From NCBI GenBank assembly GCA_963668315.1, contig OY764216.1:928001-992000 (forward strand): 64,000 bases of DNA. The letters are read 5' to 3'. Numbering within the stretch: position 1 is the first letter of the stretch; each line of letters opens with the position of its first letter. Positions 33,209 to 44,043 of this stretch are shown here, in pieces. The notes below the pieces were generated by a model that saw only the letters and a list, made by a program, of their open reading frames with translations, did no database searches and was not told the DNA's origin. The translations under genes and the position numbers were made by a program. The stretch comes from Spirochaetia bacterium. GTDB taxonomy: Bacteria; Spirochaetota; Spirochaetia; DSM-2461.

Positions 33209-34492
33209 GTGAAAAAACTATCCATTTTTTTGTTGATCCTGTCTCTTTGTGCTTTCAGCGCCATGGCTAACGGCCAGGGTGACGGAGCTTCTTCAGACGG
33301 TCCCGTTACTGTACAGTACGGCTTCTGGGGAAACCCCGACGGTATCGGAGTTGAGCAGGATATCATTGATGCATTCGAAGCATCCAATCCCACACTCAAG
33401 GTTGAACCGGTTGTTTCCGGCTACAACGAATACCATACGAAACTCCTGACCCTTCTGGCCGGCGGTAACGCCCCCGATGTCATGAGAATCGACTCCTACT
33501 TTTTCCAGGACTTCACTCAGATGAACGCCCTTCGCCCCCTCGGTGATCTCGTGGCCCGCGACGGTGTCGACCTGAGCGCCTACTACCAGCAGGGCGTTGC
33601 CGAGAACACCTACAAGGGTGAACTCTACGGTCTTCCCTGGGGAACTGCCGCCATCTATATGCTCATCAATCTGGATGTCATGGAGCAGGCCGGCGTTGAA
33701 CTTCCTTCCCTCGACTGGAACATGGATGATTTCGAAGAGATCGTCAGGGCTTTCGCCGGAATCGACGATACCTACGGTTACGCCTTCGAGCTGAACAACA
33801 TGTCCGCCATGCTGCCCTATATCTGGGCCAACGGCGCCGACGTTTTCAGTGCCGACAGAAGCAAGTTCACCATGAATGCCAGCGCCGCTACGGACGCTAT
33901 GCAGAGAATCGCCGACCTTTACCAGGAAGGACTTATGCCCCAGGACTGTGTCACCGCTGACGCCGATATCCTGACCCGCTGGTTCATCAACAACAAGGTC
34001 GCCATGAGAATGGGTTCCGCCGCAGAAATCCTGAGCCTTCAGAAGGTTGACGGTATCCGCTTCGAAGCTTTCCCCATGCCTACCGGTGTTGCCAAGGAAG
34101 CCACGATCTTCAAATCCAACATCATCGGTCTGAACAATCAGTCCAAAAAGACCGAAGACGCATGGACCTTCCTCAAGTTCCTCCGCGGACCGGAAGGACA
34201 GGGAGAAACTCTCTACATGAAAGCCAAGAGAATGCCCCCCACCATCGACGATGAGAAATACTGGAGCCTTTACGCCGATCCTACCAAATATCCCAAGATG
34301 ATCGAAAAGAACTCCCGTGAAATCGCTGCCAGCTACGGACACAACCTGCCCATCAGACCGGGCTGGTTGGAAGTACAGCAGCTGCTCTGCCCCGCTTACC
34401 AGCAGATTTTCCTCGGCGAGCTTAGCGCCCAGGAAGCCATGGACGGTATAGCACCCAAGGTTCAGGCCGTTCTGGACAGAACCGCCAAATAA
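33209..34492 (+). CDS. Sugar ABC transporter substrate-binding protein
   Basis: GTG after AAGGAGG; signal peptide ending AMA/NGQ; APDV, LYGLP, AWTFLKFL. Confidence 0.9.
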   Translation: MKKLSIFLLILSLCAFSAMANGQGDGASSDGPVTVQYGFWGNPDGIGVEQDIIDAFEASNPTLKVEPVVSGYNEYHTKLLTLLAGGNAPDVMRIDSYFFQDFTQMNALRPLGDLVARDGVDLSAYYQQGVAENTYKGELYGLPWGTAAIYMLINLDVMEQAGVELPSLDWNMDDFEEIVRAFAGIDDTYGYAFELNNMSAMLPYIWANGADVFSADRSKFTMNASAATDAMQRIADLYQEGLMPQDCVTADADILTRWFINNKVAMRMGSAAEILSLQKVDGIRFEAFPMPTGVAKEATIFKSNIIGLNNQSKKTEDAWTFLKFLRGPEGQGETLYMKAKRMPPTIDDEKYWSLYADPTKYPKMIEKNSREIAASYGHNLPIRPGWLEVQQLLCPAYQQIFLGELSAQEAMDGIAPKVQAVLDRTAK

Positions 34493-34518
34493 AAACGATA
34501 ACCCAAAACCAACTATAA

Positions 34519-34540
34519 CCCGGTCCCTTCTGGGGCCGGG
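34519..34540 (+). other. Intra-operon hairpin after the binding-protein gene (possible mRNA stabiliser or attenuator)
   Basis: CCCGGTCCC-TTCT-GGGGCCGGG, 9-bp stem. Confidence 0.55.
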
Positions 34541-34563
34541 ATTCTTAAGGATTTAATGACGTT

Positions 34564-35469
34564 ATGAGTAAAACTGCCCAAAACATCGTAACTCAGCGTA
34601 AAAAAAAGGAATATCTGGCGGCTTTTCTTTTCCTGCTGCCTAACCTGGTCGGATTTGTCCTTTTTATGCTGGTCCCCTCATTGGGATCTTTCATCATGGG
34701 ATTTACCGATTGGAATCTGCTCACATCCCCTACTTTTGTGGGACTGGCCAATTTCAAGGAACTCCTTGCTGACGATCTATTCTGGAAAACCCTGGTAAAT
34801 ACGGTATATTATACATTTATCAAGGTGCCTCTCAATTTGTTCCTTTCCCTGCTGCTGGCCATACTGTTAAATAGACAACTACGCGGGCGGGACCTTTTCA
34901 GGGTGATGACTTTTCTCCCCATGGTCTGTTCCTCCGTTTCCATAGCCCTTATCTGGAAGCCCCTCATGGAGTCCACCGATCAGGGTCTTCTCAACCATTT
35001 TCTCGGCTGGTTTCATCTGGGACCCTATCCGTGGATCAATTCCATACCCTGGGCCATGCCCAGTGTAATTCTCGTGGGTATCTGGAAAGAGCTGGGTTAC
35101 TTCATGGTCATTTTCCTCGCCGGGCTTCAGGGCATTTCCAAGTCCTATTACGAAGCGGCGGAAATCGACGGGGCAGGGCCGATAAGCGAGTTCGTCCATA
35201 TCACGCTCCCCCTGATTTCACCGACCACGTTCTTCGTCTTTGTCACGTCGATCATCGGATCCTTCCAGATCTTCGACCTGACATCGGTACTCACCGCAGG
35301 AGGACCGGGTAACGCGACGAATACCATGGTAATGTATATCTATCAGGCCGGTTTCCGGTTCTTCCGCATGGGATACGCCTCGGCACTCGCCTTAGTCCTG
35401 TTTATCGTGATCTTCATTTTCACCATGATTCAGGACCGCGCTTCCAAAAAATGGGTTCATTACGAATAG
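34564..35469 (+). CDS. Carbohydrate ABC transporter permease
   Basis: LAGLQGI..YYEAAEIDGA, ITLPLISPT, MGYASA. Confidence 0.93.
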   Translation: MSKTAQNIVTQRKKKEYLAAFLFLLPNLVGFVLFMLVPSLGSFIMGFTDWNLLTSPTFVGLANFKELLADDLFWKTLVNTVYYTFIKVPLNLFLSLLLAILLNRQLRGRDLFRVMTFLPMVCSSVSIALIWKPLMESTDQGLLNHFLGWFHLGPYPWINSIPWAMPSVILVGIWKELGYFMVIFLAGLQGISKSYYEAAEIDGAGPISEFVHITLPLISPTTFFVFVTSIIGSFQIFDLTSVLTAGGPGNATNTMVMYIYQAGFRFFRMGYASALALVLFIVIFIFTMIQDRASKKWVHYE

Positions 35470-35478
35470 GAGTCTGAC

Positions 35479-36309
35479 ATGATAGGAAAATCCAAACCCC
35501 AGACCATAGTTCTGAGTTATGTATTCTTAATATTTCTGTTTTTCGTCATGTTCGTCCCCTTCTGGTGGACCGTGGCGACATCGTTCAAAACCTTTGATGA
35601 GGTGTACACCCGTTCCTACTCGCTGATCCCGAACCAGTTCAAGCTGACGAACTACAAGGCGGTCTTCGCGAGTACCCCCTTCGGCATGTACTTCCTCAAT
35701 ACGGTCAAGGTTTCCGCCGCCGTCTGTCTCGGTACGCTCCTGACATCGGCCATGGCGGCTTACGCCTTCTCACGGCTGGAATTCCCCGGAAGGGACGGGC
35801 TGTTCTTCGTCTATCTCTCCACACTGATGATTCCCCGGCAGGTCGTGCTGGTTCCGGACTTCATCCTCTTCAAATGGATGGGCCTTCTGAACACCCACTG
35901 GACCCTTGTCTTTACGGGTATTTTCACCGCCTACGGAACCTTTCTGCTCAGGCAGTTTTTCTTCGGGATTCCCCGGGAACTGGAAGAAGCGGCCGTTATG
36001 GACGGATACGGCTATTTCAGCCGATTCACCAAAATCGTGCTTCCCCTGGCCAAACCGGCTCTGGCGACGCTGTTCATTTTCACCCTGCTCCAGATCTGGA
36101 ACGAGTACCTCTACGCTCTGGTATTCATCAATTCCGACGTGAAGAGAACCCTGACCCTGGGACTGTCCCTGCTAACGGGAGATATGGATGTTCAGTGGAA
36201 CCTCGTCATGGCGGCCACGACCATCTCCATACTGCCGATTGTGGCTGTCTACCTGAGCGCCCAGAGGTTTTTTATCGAAGGCATTGCCTTGACGGGTGTG
36301 AAGGGATAA
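35479..36309 (+). CDS. Carbohydrate ABC transporter permease
   Basis: IPRELEEAAVMDG, WNEYL, QRFFIEGI. Confidence 0.93.
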   Translation: MIGKSKPQTIVLSYVFLIFLFFVMFVPFWWTVATSFKTFDEVYTRSYSLIPNQFKLTNYKAVFASTPFGMYFLNTVKVSAAVCLGTLLTSAMAAYAFSRLEFPGRDGLFFVYLSTLMIPRQVVLVPDFILFKWMGLLNTHWTLVFTGIFTAYGTFLLRQFFFGIPRELEEAAVMDGYGYFSRFTKIVLPLAKPALATLFIFTLLQIWNEYLYALVFINSDVKRTLTLGLSLLTGDMDVQWNLVMAATTISILPIVAVYLSAQRFFIEGIALTGVKG

Positions 36310-36318
36310 AATAGTAGT

Positions 36319-37062
36319 ATGCTGCGTGTCATGATAATAGAAGACGAGCCCTCTGCCATGGACCGGTTTTCCGGTTATGTGGAAAGCTACGGCGATTGTC
36401 TGAATGTCACGGCACGGGCCTATACTTCCGAAGAGGGCTGGGATCAGTTTCTTGTGGAAAAGCCGGATATCATCTTCACCGATATCCGGATTCCCGGCGA
36501 GAACGGCCTGGTCCTGGCCGACCGGTTCAGAAAAGCGGGCTGGAAGGGGGAGCTTGTCATCATCAGCGGTTATGACGACTTTTCCTACGCCCAGAAAGCG
36601 TTGAAGATCTCGGCGGCCGATTACCTTTTGAAACCTGTCTTCCAGGAGGATTTCAACCGCATTCTCGACCAGCTTATGGAGAGGATGCGGGAAGAGTCGG
36701 TCCTGGAAGAGGAAGACGACGACATGGTCTGTCCCGAACATATTCTGCGGGCGAAGCAGTATGTGGAGATACATCTGGAAGAGGATATCTCCCTGACCGA
36801 TGCGGCGGAGTACGCCTTTGTCTCCTCCTCCTACTTGAGTTCGAGTTTTCATAAATTTCTCGGCGTCACCTTTATCGAATATATCAGGAATCTGAGAATC
36901 GATAAGGCCAAGGAAATGCTCAAATCCTCCCGCCTCACCCTAAGGGAGATAGGGGAAAAATGCGGTCTGGCCGATCCATCCTATTTCCACAGGTCTTTCA
37001 AGAAGACGACGGGAGTCTCTCCGAGCCGCTTTCGGAAGGAGTTTCACAGGGGAACCGCTTGA
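36319..37062 (+). CDS. Response regulator, REC plus AraC HTH (YesN-like)
   Basis: IIEDE, phospho-Asp FTDIRIP, ISGYDDF, YLLKPV, C-terminal AraC signature. Confidence 0.92.
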   Translation: MLRVMIIEDEPSAMDRFSGYVESYGDCLNVTARAYTSEEGWDQFLVEKPDIIFTDIRIPGENGLVLADRFRKAGWKGELVIISGYDDFSYAQKALKISAADYLLKPVFQEDFNRILDQLMERMREESVLEEEDDDMVCPEHILRAKQYVEIHLEEDISLTDAAEYAFVSSSYLSSSFHKFLGVTFIEYIRNLRIDKAKEMLKSSRLTLREIGEKCGLADPSYFHRSFKKTTGVSPSRFRKEFHRGTA

Positions 37063-38675
37063 GACGGACCCCGCCCTTTTTCCACCGCCTCCTGATCTTC
37101 AGCATCTGTCTCATTACGGCCTGCATTCTCCTTTTCAGTTTCATTACCTACCGCAGAATCTCCCGGGATCTTAACAGTCTCAGCAGGCAGATGATGCTTA
37201 ACCAGGTCCTTTCCGTTGAGAACAGCTATACCTCCCTGGTCGATGAGATGTCCGGCCGGCTGAATTCCCTCATGACTATGATCAAACGGGAGGCGATTGA
37301 GGGGGAGAGAGTCCGTGAGGTTCTGGACAGCATGATGGCCTCTTTCCCCGAATACAGGCATATCTGGATCATAAGAAGAAACGGGGAGCTCCTTAGCGAT
37401 TCCGGTACGAACGGGGACTATCTTTCCCAGACGGACTGGTGGAAGGAATTCAAGGACAGGGCGGCCATTGACGGAAACCCCGATTACCAGGGCCAGTACG
37501 TCGTCGCTCCCTTTCCCGGCGTTCCCTACAAGGACGCCATGGGGCTGAACACAATTCTCCCGGTCTCCTTTTTCCTGCTCTCCAGTATCAATACCGCCGG
37601 TGTGGCCTTTACCGAAATGGATGTCACGACGGTGCTGCAGAGAACTAAGCTCATCAGCGAACTGCTCAGCGGTACCAATTCCTATCCCATTAATATTTCT
37701 CTCTATGACAAATCGGGCCGTCTTCTGGAGACATCGGGCAATCTGTTTCCCGTGGTGGCCGATAATCCGGCCGGCGGCAGCGTCCCGCTCCTTGTGCCTT
37801 TCGAAGACTTGCGGTACTCCTCGGGAGCCGTGTTCGTCCAGGATGATGAGCGGGTATCCGTCTTTTCCCGCAATACGACGCTGGGCCTGGTATTCGCCGG
37901 CTCCCTGCCCAAGGATGCCATTAACAGCAATGCCCGCAGGGCCGCCCTCTACATACTCGTTATCGGGGTTTTCTGCCTGTTGTCCGTTCTGGGGCTGGGA
38001 CTGCTCCTGCTGGGGACCTATTACAGGATGAAGCACTACGAAAAGGAGCAGGCCTCGGCCCGGTTCCAAAGTCTTCAGAACAAAATGAATCCACACTTCC
38101 TGTTCAACACTCTGGACAGTCTGGTCGGAGTGGCGGAGCAGCGTGATTTCACCATGCTCATCAGCATGCTGCGCCATCTCTCCTATATCCTCCACATGAA
38201 TCTGAGGATAACCAGGGACATCATTCCCCTGTCCGATGAGATCCGCTATATAGAGAGCTATGTGGCTCTGCAGAAAATCCGATATAAAGAGGGCTTCTCC
38301 TTTGAGCTGAAGCTGCCGGAAAGCTGCGATGAACTGGAGATCCTCCGGTTCTGCCTGCAGCCCGTTGTGGAGAACTGCTTTGTTCACGGCGTCTCCCTGC
38401 ACAGAGGCTTTGTGGCAGTCAAAATGGCTCTGGAGAGAAGGGACAACTATCTCTGCTGCGACGTCACAAATACCTGTTCCTCCGCCACGGCTGAGACGTT
38501 GGAGAAGCTGCGGGCCCAGCTGTCCGGAGACGGGCAGGGGACGAAGGAGAACCGATTGGGGCTCTTAAGCATTCATAAAAGGCTGCGGATTCTTTACGGC
38601 GATGAATACGGCATCGAGTTACCCCCCCAGAGAGACGTCTTTCACGTTCGCATCTATATGCCCGTTCTCTGCTGA
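37059..38675 (+). CDS. Sensor histidine kinase, YesM/LytS family
   Basis: Two TM helices with an extracytoplasmic domain; LQNKMNPHFLFNTL H-box; LQPVVEN..HG N-box; TTG start overlaps the regulator stop. Confidence 0.87.
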   Translation: MRRTPPFFHRLLIFSICLITACILLFSFITYRRISRDLNSLSRQMMLNQVLSVENSYTSLVDEMSGRLNSLMTMIKREAIEGERVREVLDSMMASFPEYRHIWIIRRNGELLSDSGTNGDYLSQTDWWKEFKDRAAIDGNPDYQGQYVVAPFPGVPYKDAMGLNTILPVSFFLLSSINTAGVAFTEMDVTTVLQRTKLISELLSGTNSYPINISLYDKSGRLLETSGNLFPVVADNPAGGSVPLLVPFEDLRYSSGAVFVQDDERVSVFSRNTTLGLVFAGSLPKDAINSNARRAALYILVIGVFCLLSVLGLGLLLLGTYYRMKHYEKEQASARFQSLQNKMNPHFLFNTLDSLVGVAEQRDFTMLISMLRHLSYILHMNLRITRDIIPLSDEIRYIESYVALQKIRYKEGFSFELKLPESCDELEILRFCLQPVVENCFVHGVSLHRGFVAVKMALERRDNYLCCDVTNTCSSATAETLEKLRAQLSGDGQGTKENRLGLLSIHKRLRILYGDEYGIELPPQRDVFHVRIYMPVLC

Positions 38676-38799
38676 TTTACCCCCCGGCCTTTCTCTGCGA
38701 TGACAATCCTTTTTTTACTTGGGCTATCCTGTGTCAGTTTGATGAACCGGCGCCCTTTCCTCTTAACGGGACATCCGTATTGATGTAATATTTGTAATT

Positions 38800-39426
38800 A
38801 TGAATAAACCGATTGAACAGGATTTACATATCCATACAAACTACTCCTACGGCGATTCCGCCATTGAGCCCCAGCAGACATTAGATCTGATCAAATCCCT
38901 GGATCATGCCCGGATAACCGGCATAAGCGATCATTTCGAATATGTGACAGAGAACTTTATTGAGTACCGTGACGATGTGCATGGCCATGGATTCTGGTGC
39001 GGATGCGAGATTAATCTCTCAAGCGACGTTCCCCGGGCCCTGGAGCTTCCCTTTGATTACTATATATTTCACTGCCGCAACGAAGAGTCCGAATACCGCG
39101 GTGCCGAGAAGCTTCTCGAATCGGGAAAACCCCTTATCATCTCCCACCCCATCGCCATAGGGGCGGATCTGGCCAAGGTTCCCACCGGATGCTTCATCGA
39201 AGTTAACAACCGCTATATCTGGAAGGCGGAGGACTACAGGAGCTACTATGCCCCCCATCTGGACCGGTTCCGTTTTGTCCTGGGGTCTGATGCGCATAAG
39301 CCCAACTGGCTTAACCATGTGGTCGCCCAGTACGCGGCGGAGCAGATGGGTATTGTTCCCGCTCTGGTTTTCAATGCTCCCTATGTCTCCGCCGAAAAGA
39401 GGGAACCCGCCGGGGTAAAGGCGTAA
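38800..39426 (+). CDS. PHP-domain metallo-phosphoesterase
   Basis: DLHIHT, ISDH, SHP, EVN, GSDAH. Confidence 0.85.
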   Translation: MNKPIEQDLHIHTNYSYGDSAIEPQQTLDLIKSLDHARITGISDHFEYVTENFIEYRDDVHGHGFWCGCEINLSSDVPRALELPFDYYIFHCRNEESEYRGAEKLLESGKPLIISHPIAIGADLAKVPTGCFIEVNNRYIWKAEDYRSYYAPHLDRFRFVLGSDAHKPNWLNHVVAQYAAEQMGIVPALVFNAPYVSAEKREPAGVKA

Positions 39427-39496
39427 ATCGGGAATCGATTACGGCCGGATGGCATTCTATGATGACGAAATGAGGAATTTCCGGGATACGAAACAC

Positions 39497-40795
39497 CTAG
39501 GGGGCCGCGGCGTCATTCCTGATGGGGCAGGTACGGCAGTACTCTTTGACAAAGGGTGTCAGATCTCCGCAGTTATTCTCGAACTCCCTGAAGTAGCGTT
39601 TGCTGAATACGATGTAGTATCCTGTGAATGACCGCTGGCAGTGGAGAGTCTTATAATGCTCGTAAAGGGGCTTATAATAATTCCTGTACCAGTGCAGGGT
39701 CAGCTCGCTGATAAAAGGAGCCCGGCGGTACTTCCTTTTTAAAAAGAGGGCGTACTGCAGATACACCTGGCGGTAAAGGTAGCGGATCAGCTTCTTGGAA
39801 CAGGAGGGCAGGGTGAATTCGGGGATAAATTCTTTCTGCCTCGTCATTTGCCGGAATCGGTCAAGGGCTGTTTCCTTGTCTTCGGTCAGTGTCCCCAGAG
39901 TTTTGGCTCCCAGCTGGAGAAAAACGAGAAGGAATTTTTTGCGGTGCAGGCGGGCGGAGTAGAGGCGGTAAATTTCCTCCAGCCAGAGATCTTCGGCTTT
40001 CGGCTGCTTTTCCCAGAACCGGCAGAAGTCAAGAAATACATCGGTTGAACCCCAGCCGGGAAGAAGGTAAAGAAGGGAATTCTGCCCAATATAAACCATG
40101 GTCGTATCATAGATATTTTTCTTCCAGTCTTCTATGAGTTCTTCCGCTGACTCGGGAGAGCGATTCTTTTCCCTTTTAAAACGGTGGGGATATTCGGAAT
40201 AAACCGTCTTTTCCAGGCCGGTCCATGTCCCGCAGCGTCTGACGTCGAACAGGGACGGATCTACATAATTGAAAAGGTCCCTTCTCCTGTGTACGGATAC
40301 CTGCTCTTTCCAGAGGGGCAGGCTGTCGTAACCGAAGGAATCGGGGAGATTGAGAGTGGTGGCCTGCCGGCGGATCCGGGCGCTTATGAAATCCCGTTTG
40401 AGGGCTTTGGCGATTGAGACACGATGGTTGCCGTCCCTGATGAAATAGTAGCCCCCGTACTCGATGAGCCTTACCGGATCAAAGCCTGTGGCCGACTGCA
40501 TATGGATAAGGACTTTGATCCACCGTTCTCTCATCCATTCCCTGCGGGGATAGAAGTCGCCGGTAAAATCTTCCGACCGGTTTTCGCTTCCAATTATCCG
40601 GGAGAGGGGCACATCCTGAAGTCCCCCGTCCGTTTCTCCCGTGGAAGGCAGAATCGCGTGCAGCTTTTCCAGAGAAAGCAGACGGTACTTGTGGGATTTC
40701 TTGGGCAGCAGTCCCAGTATGCGTCCTTTTTTCAGCTGTTTATAGAAGAGTTCCTCCCCCTGATAGTGAAGAACCTCATTCTGGTGTATATCCAT
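39497..40795 (-). CDS. ParB/Srx-like N-terminal domain protein (DUF4032-associated type)
   Basis: VPLSRIIGSENRSEDF..DFYP, RW, PVRL...YFIRDGNHRVS. Confidence 0.65.
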   Translation of the reverse strand: MDIHQNEVLHYQGEELFYKQLKKGRILGLLPKKSHKYRLLSLEKLHAILPSTGETDGGLQDVPLSRIIGSENRSEDFTGDFYPRREWMRERWIKVLIHMQSATGFDPVRLIEYGGYYFIRDGNHRVSIAKALKRDFISARIRRQATTLNLPDSFGYDSLPLWKEQVSVHRRRDLFNYVDPSLFDVRRCGTWTGLEKTVYSEYPHRFKREKNRSPESAEELIEDWKKNIYDTTMVYIGQNSLLYLLPGWGSTDVFLDFCRFWEKQPKAEDLWLEEIYRLYSARLHRKKFLLVFLQLGAKTLGTLTEDKETALDRFRQMTRQKEFIPEFTLPSCSKKLIRYLYRQVYLQYALFLKRKYRRAPFISELTLHWYRNYYKPLYEHYKTLHCQRSFTGYYIVFSKRYFREFENNCGDLTPFVKEYCRTCPIRNDAAAP

Positions 40796-41010
40796 GGCTG
40801 ATCCTGTCTACGATTATACCCCATATAAGGGTTAACGCAAAGATAATCCTTTCCCATCGCCGGGGAATTTCCGCTTTACCCCATGAACAATGTTCGGAAT
40901 TTCTCAATAATGGACGGGAAATTGTAAAAAAAAGAACAATCTATTTCTTATTCCTTGAAAAATGAACTGCACTCTACTAGTATTTATTATCATTGTCAGG
41001 AGAAAAATCT

Positions 41011-42981
41011 ATGAGGTTTAAGGACTTGAAAATCGGGACGAAGCTGACGGGCAGTTTCATTATTGTCCTGTTGCTGATGGCGGTTCTCGGAGCTTTCTGC
41101 ATAAAAAGCATCTGGGATATCGAAACGGCCAATAGAGAAATTAACGGAATCACTATGGCCGAGTTAAGCCTGGCAAGAGGACGCCAGGACAGTTTGCGGT
41201 TGATCTATACGGGGATGAAGCAGTATGCGGAAGATGCGAGCGATGATCTGAATGCCGCCCGGGATTATGCGGCAGAGGTGGTCAGTATCAATGAGGAGTC
41301 CCGCATCTACAGCGAAGGAGTCACGAAGAACGGAAAATCTCTGGATGAAGCCCTGGTTCGGTATCTGGCCGCCTTGAGCCGCATAGAAGAGACAAATCTC
41401 ACCATGGAGCAGAGCCACGAGGAGAGCCATATAGCGTCGGAGCAGGTTGACCTGGTTTTTGACGGACTGGAGGATTTTGCCGTTGGCGTTACTTCCCGGA
41501 CCTTTGAAAGTAATAATATGGCCCTGGGGCAGCTTCTCTTGACGCAGAATCTGGTTCATATCTACAGCATGATTGACTGGTGGAAGCATATAGAACTGTT
41601 CCTTGCCGAATATGAAGCGGACAACAGCGACGATAACCGGTTTATTCTGGAAGACTCCCTGGTGGATATGATCGACTATTTTGATCGGGCCTCCGAAATC
41701 TTCACGACCGAGGAAGGGCGAGAGGCCATAAAGAATGTCCGCGTTCCCTTTGAGGTCTACGAGACGCAGATAAGAAACTATATCACAGCCATGGAAGAGC
41801 AGAAAAGCGCCATCGCAGAGGCTGTGGACGCCGGTGTCGTGACGGCCCGAGAGGCTGAGCAGGCCAAATTGCTCCTGGATGAGCTGGTGGAAGATACCAC
41901 CGGCAAAGCTGTCCGCTATACCCTAATCCTGTCCCTGGCCGCTCTTCTTATCAGTCTGGCCCTGGCCATTATCATTACCAGACAGATCACCGGTCCGATT
42001 GTGAAGAGCATGGACTATGCCAAGGCCCTTTCCGAGGGTGATTTCACCGTATCCCTTAATCTGGATCAGGGTGATGAAGTGGGAATTCTGGGGGAGGCCC
42101 TTGAAAATATGGTCGGTCGGGTGAGGGATGTCCTGGCCCATATTCAGGAGGCCTGCGGGCAGGTTACCGATGCGAGCGGCCAGATTTCCCAGGCGGCCCA
42201 GACCATATCGGTTGGGGCCACGGAACAGGCGTCGAGCATGGAAGAGGTCTCGGCTTCTCTTGAAGAACTGAGCAGCAGCATCCAGCAGAATGCGGCCAAT
42301 GCCGATCGGTCCAACGGAACGGCCAAAGGAACCGTGGGCGATTGCAAGAACGGTTTGCAGGCCGTACAGGATACGGTTGCCGCCATGCGGGAGATAGGTG
42401 AGAAGATCATTGTCATAGAGGAATTATCCAGAAATACGAACATGCTGGCCCTGAATGCCGCGATAGAAGCGGCCAGAGCCGGTGAAGCGGGTAAGGGATT
42501 TGCCGTAGTCGCCTCGGAAGTGCGCAAACTGGCGGAAAACAGCGGTTCCGCCGCTAAGAACATTACCGAGATAACCAGGGAGAACGTGGAGCGCGCCAAT
42601 AAAGCCCTTGAGCAGATAGAACATATCGTGCCCCGCATGGCGGAAACTTCGGAGCTTTCCGATGAGATCGCCGTCTCCTGTCAGGAACAGGCCAAGGGCG
42701 CCGAGCAGATCAGCACCGCGGTAACGACTCTGGACACGGTGGTTCAGCAGAATGCCAGTTCCAGTGAAGAGCTGGCTTCCATGTCGGAAGAGCTGGAAGC
42801 GCAGGCACGCAGCATGAACCAGGCGGTAAGTTTTTTCCATCTTGGAAATAACCCCCATGCCCGAAAGTCAAACTATAAGGACGATAAGGTGGAGATCGGC
42901 CGTCTTTCCCAGGAGGAGTCGCAGGGCGAGAGAATGCTGATCGCCGATGGAACGGACGGCGAATTCGAAGAGTTCGTTTAG
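41011..42981 (+). CDS. Methyl-accepting chemotaxis protein
   Basis: Two TM, HAMP (GDF..DEVG), [35 protein letters not shown]-terminal EFEEF pentapeptide-like tail. Confidence 0.96.
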   Translation: MRFKDLKIGTKLTGSFIIVLLLMAVLGAFCIKSIWDIETANREINGITMAELSLARGRQDSLRLIYTGMKQYAEDASDDLNAARDYAAEVVSINEESRIYSEGVTKNGKSLDEALVRYLAALSRIEETNLTMEQSHEESHIASEQVDLVFDGLEDFAVGVTSRTFESNNMALGQLLLTQNLVHIYSMIDWWKHIELFLAEYEADNSDDNRFILEDSLVDMIDYFDRASEIFTTEEGREAIKNVRVPFEVYETQIRNYITAMEEQKSAIAEAVDAGVVTAREAEQAKLLLDELVEDTTGKAVRYTLILSLAALLISLALAIIITRQITGPIVKSMDYAKALSEGDFTVSLNLDQGDEVGILGEALENMVGRVRDVLAHIQEACGQVTDASGQISQAAQTISVGATEQASSMEEVSASLEELSSSIQQNAANADRSNGTAKGTVGDCKNGLQAVQDTVAAMREIGEKIIVIEELSRNTNMLALNAAIEAARAGEAGKGFAVVASEVRKLAENSGSAAKNITEITRENVERANKALEQIEHIVPRMAETSELSDEIAVSCQEQAKGAEQISTAVTTLDTVVQQNASSSEELASMSEELEAQARSMNQAVSFFHLGNNPHARKSNYKDDKVEIGRLSQEESQGERMLIADGTDGEFEEFV

Positions 42982-43060
42982 GAAACCGGCATGGGACGGA
43001 AAAACATAATAGTGTAATGATATTCACTTATAGGGCCGATAACAGAGAAAGGAGTGTTAA

Positions 43061-43807
43061 ATGAAACGACTAGTTATTATTGCCATCACTTTGGCATCTC
43101 TTTTCTTTGCCGGCTGTTCCAGTTACAACCCCTTTGAAGATCTGAGTCTTGTAAGTCCCTTGGCCGTTGTCAGGGTCTCATCCAACACCGAGATTGACTG
43201 GTATGCCGAAGACGACGGGAATACCCTGGGGGGAAGCCTGCTGGGAGCCGTGGCCAACGCGGTCGTCAGTGAGGTGAAGGATGAGAAAGTCAGCAGTATC
43301 CTTTCGCGGGCCGACCTGCTGGTCGATCAGGCGGAAGCGACTCTCAGAGAGAGCCTTGCAGAGGTGGGTACCATTGAAGTCGCCGATAAGGAATCGGTTC
43401 TGACGTCCGATGCCTATGATAAGGTGGAGGACGTTCTTGATATTATGGATACCAATATTCTTCGAGCCGAAGGGTACAAGTATTTTAAAATCAATGACGA
43501 AAGGAATCTCGGACCCCGCCTTAAGAAGGAGATCGGTTCGAAAAGCTGGATTACCGCCGATTTTACCTTTGAGAAAATCATGGATTCCGGAGTCGATAAG
43601 AACGGAATGATGGGTGTATCCGTAGAAATGTGGATACAGTGGTTCAATGATGAGGGAGAAAGGATATACGCTCAGGGCTACTGGGAACAGAGTTCCAAAG
43701 CGATACCCGTCGTGGCCGGTATTTACAAGCCGGAAGACATGATGGCCCTTTATCCCGAAGTCATTGATAAGGTCTGCCGGGATTTCGCATCCGAATTCAT
43801 CCGCTAA
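43061..43807 (+). CDS. Lipoprotein of unknown function
   Basis: MKR, hydrophobic stretch, FAGC lipobox; AAGGAG SD. Confidence 0.8.
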   Translation: MKRLVIIAITLASLFFAGCSSYNPFEDLSLVSPLAVVRVSSNTEIDWYAEDDGNTLGGSLLGAVANAVVSEVKDEKVSSILSRADLLVDQAEATLRESLAEVGTIEVADKESVLTSDAYDKVEDVLDIMDTNILRAEGYKYFKINDERNLGPRLKKEIGSKSWITADFTFEKIMDSGVDKNGMMGVSVEMWIQWFNDEGERIYAQGYWEQSSKAIPVVAGIYKPEDMMALYPEVIDKVCRDFASEFIR

Positions 43808-43860
43808 GATTTGTTTACCGTCCTGTCCCCGCCGCATCCTGACGACGGGGATCAGGCGGA

Positions 43861-44043
43861 TTATGCCTTAAGGCAGTCATCCCGCCAGAGACAATTGTCC
43901 TGACCGCAGTTTTTCCCGTTTGTTCCGAAGCAGGGAGTATTTCCCTCTACCTTCTGGATGGTCTGGATCAGTTCAACCTTCTTCATTTTCCCTGGATTGA
44001 TTCCCATTCCTTCTGCCCTTGTTTTGATTTCCTTAACAGTCAT
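43861..44043 (-). CDS. Small Rho-N/SAP-like helix-extended-helix protein with four-Cys tail
   Basis: EIK..A..MGI...MKKVELI..IQ..EGN followed by C-x7-C-x4-C-x5-C; GGGGAG SD. Confidence 0.75.
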   Translation of the reverse strand: MTVKEIKTRAEGMGINPGKMKKVELIQTIQKVEGNTPCFGTNGKNCGQDNCLWRDDCLKA

